NCBI GenBank assembly: GCA_038213805.1
Contig: JBBQSO010000007.1
Span: 32,001-96,000, forward strand
Origin: Planctomycetota bacterium
Lineage (GTDB): Bacteria > Planctomycetota > UBA11346
Length of the DNA stretch: 64,000 nucleotides
Direction: 5' to 3'
The notes beneath the pieces were generated by a model, which made no database searches, had not been told where the DNA came from, and worked only from the letters and a program-made list of their open reading frames with translations. Below are positions 1 through 9,122 of the stretch, piece after piece. The translations under genes and the position numbers were made by a program. How positions within the stretch are numbered: position 1 is the stretch's first letter; the number at the start of each line of letters is the position of its first letter.

Positions 1-1
1 C

Positions 2-1024
2 ATGGCCATCCTGGAACAGCGCATCCGGGGCGGCGACTACCTGGTCGCGCCGCTGCCAAGCGGCCGCGAGCTGGCGGCCGAACTGGGCGTCAGCTACGTG
101 ACCGCGCGCAAGGCCATCGGCGCGCTCCAGGCGCAGGGTCTGCTCTCGCGTGGTGGCAATGGACGCTTGGTGCTGGGTGGGCGGCGCGCCGGCGGTCAGC
201 TCGCCCAGCTGGCCTTCATCGCCCCCAACTTCCCGTCGCTGGAGGTGATGCGCTGGCGCCTGGCCATCGACCGCCTCGCCGACGAGCACCCGTGCGCGGT
301 GAAGAACCATTTCTTCCGCCACTGGCACGATCCTGCGCTGATCGACATCATCGAACGCAGCGATGGCGCCTTCCTCTATCCCAGCGCCGAGAAGGTGCCG
401 GCCGCGTTCGCTGCACGCCTGCGCGCGCGCCGCATCGTGGTCATCGACCAGGACTGGAGCGCGCTTGGCGTGCCCTCGATCTGCTGCTTCCCCGCAACCT
501 TCGTGCGCGCCCTGCTCGACCACTGCCGCGCGCGCGGGCACCACCGCATCGCAGTCCTCAACACCCAGCCGCACGATCATGCCATCCAGGCGCGCCTCGC
601 CGCCTACCACGGCTGGGCCGTCGACCACGACATGGTCCCGTACCTGATCGACGCCCCGGTGCTCGTCGGCGAGGATCCCGCGGTGCATGCGCAGGCGGTG
701 CTGGCCGCGGCGCTGCGCGGCGGCGTGCGCGACTGGAGCGCGTTGTTCTGCACCACCGGCACGGTCGCGCTCGCGGCGATGCGCGCGCTGCACCTCGCGG
801 GCATCGCGCCCGGTCGCGACGTCGCCGTCTGCACGCTGAACGACGACGGCCTGGGCGAACTCGTCATCCCCTCGCTGACCGCGCAGGCGCCCGTCGACCC
901 GACGCCCTACCTGCGCCAGACGCTGACGTGGATGCTCGATCCGCAGCGGGCGTGGCAGGGCGCGACGCTGATCCAGCCAGAGGGCTGCGAAGTGGCGGTC
1001 AGGGAATCGACGGGCGCGGGGTGA
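2..1024 (+). CDS. GntR-type winged-helix regulator fused to a LacI/periplasmic-binding-protein sensor domain (AraR-like); 5' end may lie outside the window
   Basis: N-terminal LPSGRELAAELGVSYVTARKAIGALQAQGLL is a GntR HTH. The C-terminal part has GHHRIAVL, ALFCTTGTVALAAM, PGRDVAVCTLND, PSLT and VRESTG, typical of LacI sensor domains. Confidence 0.88.
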   Translation: MAILEQRIRGGDYLVAPLPSGRELAAELGVSYVTARKAIGALQAQGLLSRGGNGRLVLGGRRAGGQLAQLAFIAPNFPSLEVMRWRLAIDRLADEHPCAVKNHFFRHWHDPALIDIIERSDGAFLYPSAEKVPAAFAARLRARRIVVIDQDWSALGVPSICCFPATFVRALLDHCRARGHHRIAVLNTQPHDHAIQARLAAYHGWAVDHDMVPYLIDAPVLVGEDPAVHAQAVLAAALRGGVRDWSALFCTTGTVALAAMRALHLAGIAPGRDVAVCTLNDDGLGELVIPSLTAQAPVDPTPYLRQTLTWMLDPQRAWQGATLIQPEGCEVAVRESTGAG

Positions 1025-1142
1025 TGGCGGCGTGCGGGATGCGGGGTGAAGGTGCCATGCGAACCCAGAGCGGGAAAAGCGTGATGGCGGCGTGCGGGCC
1101 GCGGGGTGAAGGTGCCATGCGAACCCAGAGCGGGAAAAGCGT
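1021..1142. repeat. 60-bp direct tandem duplication (2 copies)
   Basis: 1021-1080 and 1081-1140 are identical except at two positions (ggat vs ggcc). The repeat begins at the regulator stop codon. Confidence 0.95.
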
Positions 1143-1235
1143 CGAGCCCAGGACTGCAGGCCACCGCATCATCCGCATCTTCTGGTGATTGCGTTGGCGT
1201 CAGCCGGGCGCGGAAATCCACGTAGCGATTTCGAG

Positions 1236-2133
1236 AGTGCCAACGGCGCGCCCTATCGCAGCCCAGGGCAATGCCCTACCCATTACCCACACCTGTTGTC
1301 GACAGCGCATAATAATCGGAAATCTGCCGATTTCTGAGCCTTCCGAGCAAGCGACATCGACTAGCCCAGGGCGTCAACCCTGCTCACTACCCACAAGTCG
1401 CAGCACTCGGGCACTGACCCTCATATCAACCCAGTCCTGTCCGCAGCCCGCGGAGCGGGCGACACATCGTAGCCCAGGGCGTGAGCCCTGGGAACCTCGG
1501 TTAGAGAGGAGGATAGGAGCCCGCGGAGCGGGCGGCACAGGTCCTGCCACTTCGAAATGAGGTGAATGCCGGGTGAGTCGTGATGATCCACGGACATCCC
1601 CAGATCGGGCCCCAATGGTCGTACATTACCGCTGAGCCTGCTGTGTCGCCACTCCGTGGGCTGGCCCGCAGACACGCCGCGCGACCCAGGGCTGGGGGCC
1701 CTGGGCTACGATGTGTCGCCCGCTCCGCGGGCTCTGAGTGGCTGCGATTCGACTGACGTGTGGGTAATGGGTAGGGCTGAAGATTGGCGCCGCGCCATTG
1801 GCGCTCACGACAGGCGCCCTGCATTTTTCAATGAATTGGAGGGGTTGGTCGACTTGTGGGGAATGAGCAGGGCGTTGTCCTGGGATGACCGTCTGGTCGC
1901 GCCGTTGGCGCTCACAGCAGACGTACTTCCGGCAAATGGTCCCGGACGACCCTGACTTGCGGGTAATGAGCAGAGCTCACGCCCTGGACTGCGCTCTTCC
2001 CCCCGCTCCGCGGGCGGAATTGCCGATGACCGACCATCTCAGCGCTTTGTCACAGGTCACCCAGCCCCACATGGAGTTGCGGGTGATGAGCAGGGCGTTG
2101 CCTTGAGCCAGGAGAGGTCGCGCCCTTGGCGCT
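1236..2133. repeat. REP/REPIN-like non-coding array of imperfect palindromic units in both orientations
   Basis: AGCCCGCGGAGCGGGCG..TAGCCCAGGGC units forward at about 1337, 1445 and 1518 and inverted at 1641, 1685 and about 1981. AG(T/C)GCCAACGGCGCG..GCCCAGGGCAA units forward at 1236 and inverted at about 1790, 1868 and 2091. Shared tail GACTTG(T/C)GGGTAATGAGCAGGG. No convincing ORF. Confidence 0.8.
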
Positions 2134-2571
2134 CGAGATCGCAATCGCGATCGTAGAGGCGCTCCTCTACCACAACATGGAAGCAACGAGCAGGGCATCC
2201 GACACCGGATTTCATCCATGCGGCCGAAGAACGCCGCGGATCAGACGCAGCACTGCCCGCGTCGCATGCCGGCATCCCCCGCTCCACGTGCCCCTGTTCA
2301 CCAACTTCGTATCCCTCCTCCTCCATGCCACGCGACACCATCCGTCGTCGTCACACACGGACTGTCGCGTTACTGGCCGCCTTTCGCCACGCAGCGGAAC
2401 GTTTCCTAAAATCAGGGGATCGTCGACCGCGTGTCCGCCAGGGATGGCCGGGACCCGGATATGGCGATCTCCATCCCCGCTCGCGCGCGCACTGCGGTCA
2501 TTCGCGCTGCGCAGTTCCATTCCGCACCATCGCCATCGTCCTCGCCCACGCCTCCCCCTCCTGAGGTGCCC

Positions 2572-5217
2572 ATGCGCATGCCATTCCTCCCCGTCGCACT
2601 CGCTCTGGCTGCCTGCGCGCCGCTGGCCGCCTCCGACGTGTTCGCAGATTTCGCCATCCCCGACCTGCTGCCGCTGGCCAAAAAACACAGCGTGATGAAC
2701 ACCGGCGCGATCAAGCTCAAGAGCCACTACGACCGCGACCTAGGCAAGCTCGGCGAACTGAAGGCGGGCTCGCTGCGCCTCGACCTGTCGATCGGCAAGC
2801 GCGACGATGCGCCGATGTGGTGGGACGTGGTCAATGGCCCGGATCCCGACCACCTTGGCTACAATTTCGCCAACGTTGACTGGCTGGATGGTGAACTGAC
2901 CAAGCAGGACACCCTGCCCTACTGGGGCCTCGTCTATATCCCGATACCATTCCAGGATCCACGTCAGCCAGCGGACGACTGGCGCTTCCTCGATCCCGAC
3001 CGCTTCAACTGGGACCGCTGGCAGGAGGCTTCACGCACCTTCGCGGGTCACGTGCGCGGCCTGCACCAGCATGGCTACCTCGAGGCGCTGAACGAGCCCG
3101 ACCTGTACCTGCCGTGGATCACCGGAACCGACACCGAAAACCTCAAGAAGGGATATTTCCTGCGCGTGCCCAACATGGACACCCAGCTTGAGCCGACCAC
3201 CTTCCAGATGTACGTGCGCACGGCCAAGGGCTTCAAGGAGGGCGATCCGGACGCGGTCGTCGGCGGTCCGGCGCTGGCGGGCGCAGCGATGCAGTGGACG
3301 GGCCCGTTCCTCGACTATGTCGCGGGCAACCAGGCGCCGATCGACTTCTTCTCGTTCCACGTGATCAGCGGCGACGATCCGTTCAGCGTGGTCATCCCGC
3401 GCACCCAGGGCGTGCGCAATCAGCTCGCCGAACGCGGCTGGGCGCACTCGGTCGAGATCCACATGAACGAGTACAACGCCTACGGTCATCCCTGGGACCA
3501 GGACACCAACTCCAGCGACCTCGCCGTGCATGTCATCGAGAACTGCCACGACCTGCTCGGCCAGCACGACCTGACCGTGATCAGCTGGGCACAGGCGATG
3601 GACAACAGCCAGGTACAGGGCGCAGTGAACGGCGACCAGACCGCCGGCCTGATCGACTGGGAGGGCAACCGCCGGCGCGCCTTCAGCGCCTTCGCGATGT
3701 ACGGCGACATCCCGATGCCGAGCTTTCGCAGCAGCGAAACTGGCAGCATCCACACCATGGCCGGCGCCGACGCGGGCAAGGCCGGCATCATCGTGTGGAA
3801 CAGTGATGGCGCGCAGGCCAGCGACGTGACCGTGACCGCGCACCACATCCCCTTCGCGAACGCGGTGTTCCGCCTGGTGGTGATCGACCCGACCGGCACC
3901 GGCAACCCACAGGGCCTGAACCCGTCGGTGCAGGAGACCCAGGCGATCACCAATCCGATGTTCCGCATCGTGCACCTGCCGCCGCGTTCAGTCGCCTACC
4001 TGTCGTGGACCAGCACCACCGCACCAGCGCTGGCGGCGCCCGCAGGCCAGGTGGTGCGCGTCCACCACGACTACCCGAACCGCGCCACCCACTCGTGGGC
4101 GGAATACGACCGCCGCGCCTGGACCGCGTGCCTGGGCATGGACGACGCGAACGACCTGCAGATCGTCGGCACCACGGTGCGCGAGCTCGCAACCACGGTG
4201 CACGTGTCCTGCCGCACGGCCGGCGCGCCCGCCAGCGGCACGCTGGGCATGCGCATCGACTACCTGACCGGCGGCGGCTATACGAAGAGCGTGCTCTTCC
4301 ACGGCGGCCTGGCCGCTGGCTTCACTCTCCCGTGGGGCAGCGGGCGCCCCGTCGACCAGAGCGTGGCGATCGCGCTCGGTGACGCCGACATCATTCCGGG
4401 CGATTTCGCACCGGCGGGCTGGCTCGGGCAGGCGGTGGTGACGTACGTGATGAACCATACTGGGAACGGCACGCGTGCGACCTTCGTGCTGAGCGCCGGT
4501 GGGTCGACGGGGACGGGAACAGGAACGGGAACGGGAACGGGAACGGGAACGGGAACGGGAACGGGAACGGGAACGGGAACCGGAACCGGTACTGGCACAG
4601 GGACCGGGACGGGTCTGCCCACCGGAGGCAGCGGCGTCGGCCTGACCGGCCAGTACTTCGCCACGAGAGACCTGAGCGGCCCGGCGCTGACGCGCACCGA
4701 CCCGGTGATCGATTTCACCTGGGACACCACGCCACCCATCGCGGGCATCGGTCTGGCCGACTACAGCGTACGCTGGACCGGCACCATCCAGGCGCCGACC
4801 AGCGAGCCCTACACCTTCCACGCGTTCAGCGACGATGGCGTGCGCCTGACGGTCGACGGCCACCAGCTCATCGATCATTGGGTCGACCAGGGGGTGACGG
4901 AATCCACCGGCACCATCGCCCTGACCGCCGGGCACAGCTACGCCATCACCATGGAATACTACCAGCACGCTGGCGGCGCGACCGCGCGGCTGCTGTGGAG
5001 CACGCCCTCAAGTCCGACCGCCGCCGTGGTGCCCCAGTCGCGGCTCATTCCGGCGGCGGGTGGCGCAGCGGGGACGGGAACGGGTGGCGGTACTCCGGCG
5101 ATCTCAAGCACGAACGGCAGCGGCTGCGGCTCAGGAATCGCGGCGGTGGTGCTGATGCTGAGCGCACTGTCGATGATACGCCTGCGCGGCGCGGGTGGGC
5201 GTCAGCCGCCGGAATGA
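2572..5217 (+). CDS. Secreted GH39-like (clan GH-A) glycoside hydrolase with (Thr-Gly)18 linker, PA14 domain and C-terminal CGSG-TM-Arg tail
   Basis: RBS GAGG at 2563 and signal peptide MRMPFLPVALALAACAPLAA. LNEPD acid/base, VGGPA, PIDFFSFH and HMNEYN nucleophile motifs. PA14 motifs YSVRWTG, SDDGVRL and MEYYQ. Confidence 0.82.
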   Translation: MRMPFLPVALALAACAPLAASDVFADFAIPDLLPLAKKHSVMNTGAIKLKSHYDRDLGKLGELKAGSLRLDLSIGKRDDAPMWWDVVNGPDPDHLGYNFANVDWLDGELTKQDTLPYWGLVYIPIPFQDPRQPADDWRFLDPDRFNWDRWQEASRTFAGHVRGLHQHGYLEALNEPDLYLPWITGTDTENLKKGYFLRVPNMDTQLEPTTFQMYVRTAKGFKEGDPDAVVGGPALAGAAMQWTGPFLDYVAGNQAPIDFFSFHVISGDDPFSVVIPRTQGVRNQLAERGWAHSVEIHMNEYNAYGHPWDQDTNSSDLAVHVIENCHDLLGQHDLTVISWAQAMDNSQVQGAVNGDQTAGLIDWEGNRRRAFSAFAMYGDIPMPSFRSSETGSIHTMAGADAGKAGIIVWNSDGAQASDVTVTAHHIPFANAVFRLVVIDPTGTGNPQGLNPSVQETQAITNPMFRIVHLPPRSVAYLSWTSTTAPALAAPAGQVVRVHHDYPNRATHSWAEYDRRAWTACLGMDDANDLQIVGTTVRELATTVHVSCRTAGAPASGTLGMRIDYLTGGGYTKSVLFHGGLAAGFTLPWGSGRPVDQSVAIALGDADIIPGDFAPAGWLGQAVVTYVMNHTGNGTRATFVLSAGGSTGTGTGTGTGTGTGTGTGTGTGTGTGTGTGTGTGTGLPTGGSGVGLTGQYFATRDLSGPALTRTDPVIDFTWDTTPPIAGIGLADYSVRWTGTIQAPTSEPYTFHAFSDDGVRLTVDGHQLIDHWVDQGVTESTGTIALTAGHSYAITMEYYQHAGGATARLLWSTPSSPTAAVVPQSRLIPAAGGAAGTGTGGGTPAISSTNGSGCGSGIAAVVLMLSALSMIRLRGAGGRQPPE
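4507..4614 (+). repeat. In-frame hexamer repeat ACNGGN x18 (nine consecutive perfect ACGGGA) encoding a Thr-Gly linker
   Basis: Counted directly in the sequence. Confidence 0.95.
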
Positions 5218-5371
5218 ACGGCGCTTGAAGCGCGACGCCGGGGATGACTGGGGTCGATGCGCGACGCAGCCGGCCGACACCTCCACCAGCCCACGCCTTG
5301 CATCCTTCCTGTTCCAGGCATTCTGCCCCGCATCGAGGGCTCTCCCATGCGGCTGTGGATGATGCTGGTGG

Positions 5372-6307
5372 GTGACCCTGGCCAGCACTTCGGTGCCGAA
5401 TCCCGCGCTGACCACCGTCACCTACGACCTGCGCGTGCTGACCGCGCCGCTCCATGACCGCAAAGGTCCCAACCTCGAACCGCCGGTGCCGCAGGGCTCG
5501 CACATCGGCCCACCCACCGAGCCCGAGAGCAAGCCGGAGATCAACGAGTTCATCGAACTCGTTCAGAAATTCGTCGCCCCCGAGGCGTGCAGAGGCGAAG
5601 GCGTCGCCATCAGCGAGTATAATGGCGCGGTGGTGGTGACCCAGGTTTCAGCAGTGCAGCAGCTGGTCCGAGCCGCCTTCGCGCAGCTGGAGCGGCGCCG
5701 CGCCACCCAGCTGGTCTGCCGTTTCTACCGCTTGACCAAGCCACCCGCCGCCGCGGGCGCGACCCTGGACGCCGAGCAGTGGGCGGCCGTGGCCCCCACC
5801 GCGACGCTGGTCGAGGCCGCGCTCGCCCACCACGGTATGCGCCAACACATCGCCAGCGGCCACGAGCGGCTCTATGTCCAGGACCTGGACCTCAACCAGT
5901 TCGTCCACGTGCCGATCGTCGCCGCGCTCGGCACCGGCATCGACCTCGACCTGACCGCCACCGCCACCATCGCTGGCGTGCTGGTCGACCTGCGTCTGAT
6001 GGCCACCGTCGACGCGCAGTGGCCGATGCGCGAGGTCAGCGACGACCACGGCCAGGTCGTGGGGGTCATCACCACGCCACGCCTGACCACCGATACGTCG
6101 TCCGAAACCCGCCTCATCCCGCCCGGCGGCGCGGCCATCTCCCGCTGCGGGACACGCGCCTACGCGCTCACCTGCGAGGTGCTGAGCGACGCAGGCGGAC
6201 ACCCGTTCGGACCCTGGCACGCGGATGGCACCATCGGCGACAAGCCCGCCCCGCCGGCGGACCCGGCGCCCACGCCGGCGGACGGTCGGTATCGGGGAAT
6301 CCCGTGA
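5372..6307 (+). CDS. Planctomycete secretin-like / NolW-repeat-like hypothetical protein; probable true start at 5347, separated by a +1 frameshift
   Basis: TVTYDLRVL..EFIELVQKFVAPE..ISEYNGAVVVTQVSAVQQLVRAAFAQL resembles secretin N-domains. An upstream RBS plus ATG at 5347 is out of frame by one base. Confidence 0.55.
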   Translation: MTLASTSVPNPALTTVTYDLRVLTAPLHDRKGPNLEPPVPQGSHIGPPTEPESKPEINEFIELVQKFVAPEACRGEGVAISEYNGAVVVTQVSAVQQLVRAAFAQLERRRATQLVCRFYRLTKPPAAAGATLDAEQWAAVAPTATLVEAALAHHGMRQHIASGHERLYVQDLDLNQFVHVPIVAALGTGIDLDLTATATIAGVLVDLRLMATVDAQWPMREVSDDHGQVVGVITTPRLTTDTSSETRLIPPGGAAISRCGTRAYALTCEVLSDAGGHPFGPWHADGTIGDKPAPPADPAPTPADGRYRGIP

Positions 6308-6338
6308 ACTTCTGAGGCGCGGCAGCGCCGCAGGCCCC

Positions 6339-6782
6339 CTACCCGCGGCTGTCCATGCTCTGCTCCGCACTGCGCGCCAACAGGTTGGCGAGTTGGAGGA
6401 AGCCGTCCCAGCTGCTCGGCTTGGTGAGGAAGTTGCGCGCCGGGATGAGGCCCTCGGAGAGCATGTCCTGGTATTCCGCCACCGACGCGAAGATGTAGAC
6501 CGGGGTCTGGTCGAAGATGGGCTGCGCGCGCACGAAGCGCAGCAGTTGCGCACCGGTGACCACCGGCAGATGCGCGTCGAGGAGGATGCAGTGCGGTGGC
6601 GGGACGTCGCGGGCGCTGACCTTGATCTGGAAATAGTGCAGGGCGTTGTCGCCCTTGTCGATCACCTGCAGGCGCAGGGAATGGCCGGTGACGCGCACGG
6701 CCTCTTCAAGCAGCGTCGCGTCGCCCGCGTTGTCTTCGACGTAGACGATGGTGGGCAGGTGGTCCGGCTTGATGGTGGTCAT
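6339..6782 (-). CDS. Single-domain response regulator receiver (Rcp1/CheY-like)
   Basis: VYVEDNAGD acidic pocket, CILLDAHLP phospho-acceptor Asp, FLTKP motif. Confidence 0.88.
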   Translation of the reverse strand: MTTIKPDHLPTIVYVEDNAGDATLLEEAVRVTGHSLRLQVIDKGDNALHYFQIKVSARDVPPPHCILLDAHLPVVTGAQLLRFVRAQPIFDQTPVYIFASVAEYQDMLSEGLIPARNFLTKPSSWDGFLQLANLLARSAEQSMDSRG

Positions 6783-7019
6783 GGGCGCGAGAATCGCGGG
6801 GGGGCGTCAGGCACAGCGGAATAGTCGCGCACCTTCGGCGCGGTCAGTCACGCAGCGCGCCAGGGATTCCTGACAGAGCGGCGGGCCACTGCGCGTCCAC
6901 CGGGTCACATCGACTCCCGCTGACCAAGTTGTCCTGGTCGGAATCGCGGTCGACCTTGACGCGCGCTGCGCCGGCGCCAAATCGCACGGAGGCTCGGAAG
7001 ACTTTCCCGCAGTCTGCTT

Positions 7020-7032
7020 GCTAAAGTTTAGC
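7020..7032. promoter_or_regulatory. AT-rich palindrome GCTAAAgTTTAGC upstream of the HAD operon (candidate operator)
   Basis: Perfect 6-bp inverted repeat with a 1-bp spacer, inside an AT-rich patch 35 bp before ATG 7068. Confidence 0.5.
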
Positions 7033-7067
7033 TAAATATTAGATTCGGCCGCGGAAGACCTGCGCCA

Positions 7068-7907
7068 ATGACCTGCAACCGCCGTCACCCCACCCCCAGC
7101 GGACCACGCGCCGCCGCCCGCCTGGTGGTCTTCGACTTCGATGGCACGCTGTCCTGGTTGCGCCATGGCTGGCCGTGCATCATGACCGCGGTGATGCGCG
7201 AGCACCTGCCGGCCATTGCAGGCGAGGATGCGGTTGCGATCGACGCGCTGCTGACTGGCATCGTCCTGGGCATGAACGGGCACCCGACCATCATGCAGAT
7301 GACGCGTTTCGCCGCGCTGGTGCAGGAGCGCGGCGGCCAGGTCCGCGCTCCCGAGGACCTGCGCGCGGAGTATCAGGCCCGCCTCGACACCGAGATCGCC
7401 GCGCGCGTGGCACGCATCCGCGGCGGCAGCGCGGCCACCGACGACTTCGTGGTGTGCGGCGCGCGGGCACTGTTGGAGCGCCTCGCGGCCAGCGGCGCTA
7501 CCCTGGCGGTGCTGAGCAGCACGGTCGAGGAGCGCGTACGCGAAGAGGCCGGCATCCTCGGCTTAACCCGCTACTTCGGTGGCCGCATCCACGGCTGCGT
7601 CGGTGATCCCTCCACGTTCACCAAACGCGCGGTGTTCGAGCGGCTACTGCGCGAGACCGGATGCTCAGGCGGTGAACTGCTGTCCTTCGGCGACGGCCCA
7701 GTCGAGATCGCCGAGACCAGGCGGCTTGGCGGCACCGCCATCGCGGTGTGCAGCGACGAGGACGACAACGGCTCCGGCATCTGCGACCCCTTCAAGCGTG
7801 AGCAGCTGCTGCGCGCCGGCGCGCACGAAGCGATCGCGGACTTCCGCGACGCCGACGCGGCACTCGCCCGGCTCCAGCTGGTGGTGGCCGCGTCCGCGCG
7901 CGCCTGA
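7068..7907 (+). CDS. HAD-superfamily hydrolase (phosphatase)
   Basis: Motif I VVFDFDGTL, motif II VLSST, Lys in FTKRA, motif IV SFGDGPVE. Confidence 0.9.
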   Translation: MTCNRRHPTPSGPRAAARLVVFDFDGTLSWLRHGWPCIMTAVMREHLPAIAGEDAVAIDALLTGIVLGMNGHPTIMQMTRFAALVQERGGQVRAPEDLRAEYQARLDTEIAARVARIRGGSAATDDFVVCGARALLERLAASGATLAVLSSTVEERVREEAGILGLTRYFGGRIHGCVGDPSTFTKRAVFERLLRETGCSGGELLSFGDGPVEIAETRRLGGTAIAVCSDEDDNGSGICDPFKREQLLRAGAHEAIADFRDADAALARLQLVVAASARA

Positions 7908-8009
7908 TCCCCCTCCCATACCGAGCGACCGGACCCCCATGCCCCTCATCACCATCGCCACCGCGCTCATGGACATGTTGGCGGAGCCGGTACGGGAGCA
8001 GACGGTCGC

Positions 8010-9122
8010 ATGCCCATGACCACCCGACCCCTCGACCTCAAGCGGTTGAAAGTCCTGCCGCTGGCGCAGCGCGCGAGTCTGACCAAGGCCGACGACATCC
8101 TGATCCAACCGGACGCGACTCCCAAGCCGCTGAACGCCCACCAGGATGCCCTCACCAGCGCCTGCGCGGCGCGCATCCGCGCGGCAGAGGTGCGCGGCGC
8201 CAGCATCATGCTGATCTACGGCGCGCACCTGCTGCGCAACGGCGCCGCGCTGATCCTTGAGCGCATGATGGCGCAGGGTTGGGTCACCCACCTCGCCACC
8301 AACGGCGCCGGCACCATTCACGACTGGGAATACGCGTGGTTCGGCGCCAGCACCGAGAGCGTCGAGATGAACGTCGCCAGCGGCACCTTCGGCACGTGGC
8401 ACGAGACCTCGACGTCGATCCACCTCGCGCTGATGGCGGGCGCGCTCGACGGGCTCGGCTATGGCCAGGCGCTCGGGCGCTTCATCTGCGACGACGGCGC
8501 CACCCTGCCCACCACCGCGTCGCTGGCCGCGGCGATCGCGGCGGAGCCCGGTCACCGTCTCACCCCGGCGCGCGCCGACCTGCTGCGCGCGATGACGGAA
8601 TTCGGGATTCCCCCCGGCCCGTACCGCATGGAGCACCGCTGGAAACACGCCTCGATCGTGGCGTCGGCGTGGCGGCACGGCGTGGCCCTGACGGTGCATC
8701 CCGGCATCGGCTACGACATCATCGCCAACCATCCGATGTTCAACGGCGGCGTGATCGGGCGCGCGGCGGAATGGGACTTCGCGCTGTTCGGCGGCGCGCT
8801 CGACGGCCTCGACGGCGGCGTGGCGATGTCGGTCGGCTCGGCGATCATGGGCCCGCAGGTGTTCGAGAAGTCGGCGAGCTGCGTCAACAACCTGCGCCTG
8901 CAGGACGGCCGCGGGCCGGTGCGCGATCACGCGATCTTCGTCGTCGACCTGCAGGACGGCGGCGGGTGGGACTGGGAAAAAGGTGAACCGCCCAAGACCA
9001 ACCCGGCCTATTACCTGCGCTTCTGCAAGAGCTACTCGCGCATGAACGGTGCCATGCAGTACCTCCAGTGCGACAACGCCGCGTTCATGCACAATCTCTA
9101 CCGCAAGCTGGCAACGCCGTGA
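8010..9122 (+). CDS. Deoxyhypusine-synthase-like / GSU2086-like protein of unknown function
   Basis: YGAHLLRNG, HLATNGAGTIHDWE, TVHPGIGYDII and SVGSAIMGPQVFEK match the DHS-like NAD-binding fold family. Confidence 0.65.
   Translation: MPMTTRPLDLKRLKVLPLAQRASLTKADDILIQPDATPKPLNAHQDALTSACAARIRAAEVRGASIMLIYGAHLLRNGAALILERMMAQGWVTHLATNGAGTIHDWEYAWFGASTESVEMNVASGTFGTWHETSTSIHLALMAGALDGLGYGQALGRFICDDGATLPTTASLAAAIAAEPGHRLTPARADLLRAMTEFGIPPGPYRMEHRWKHASIVASAWRHGVALTVHPGIGYDIIANHPMFNGGVIGRAAEWDFALFGGALDGLDGGVAMSVGSAIMGPQVFEKSASCVNNLRLQDGRGPVRDHAIFVVDLQDGGGWDWEKGEPPKTNPAYYLRFCKSYSRMNGAMQYLQCDNAAFMHNLYRKLATP

Noticed and set aside
1750..2133. Periodic repeats with unique spacers as a CRISPR array
   Set aside because: Units are long, degenerate and present in both orientations, and no cas genes are in the window; a REP-like array fits better.
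2396..2406. GGAACGTTTCC near-palindrome upstream of the GH39-like gene
   Set aside because: Short, single and imperfect; not enough to call an operator.
2431..2571. Upstream extensions from the ORF track (2431, 9068, 11692, 29163, 35372, 40513, 45793, 52094, 56653, 60136)
   Set aside because: Downstream starts fit better with RBS, signal peptides or gene overlaps, and some extensions run through operator sites.
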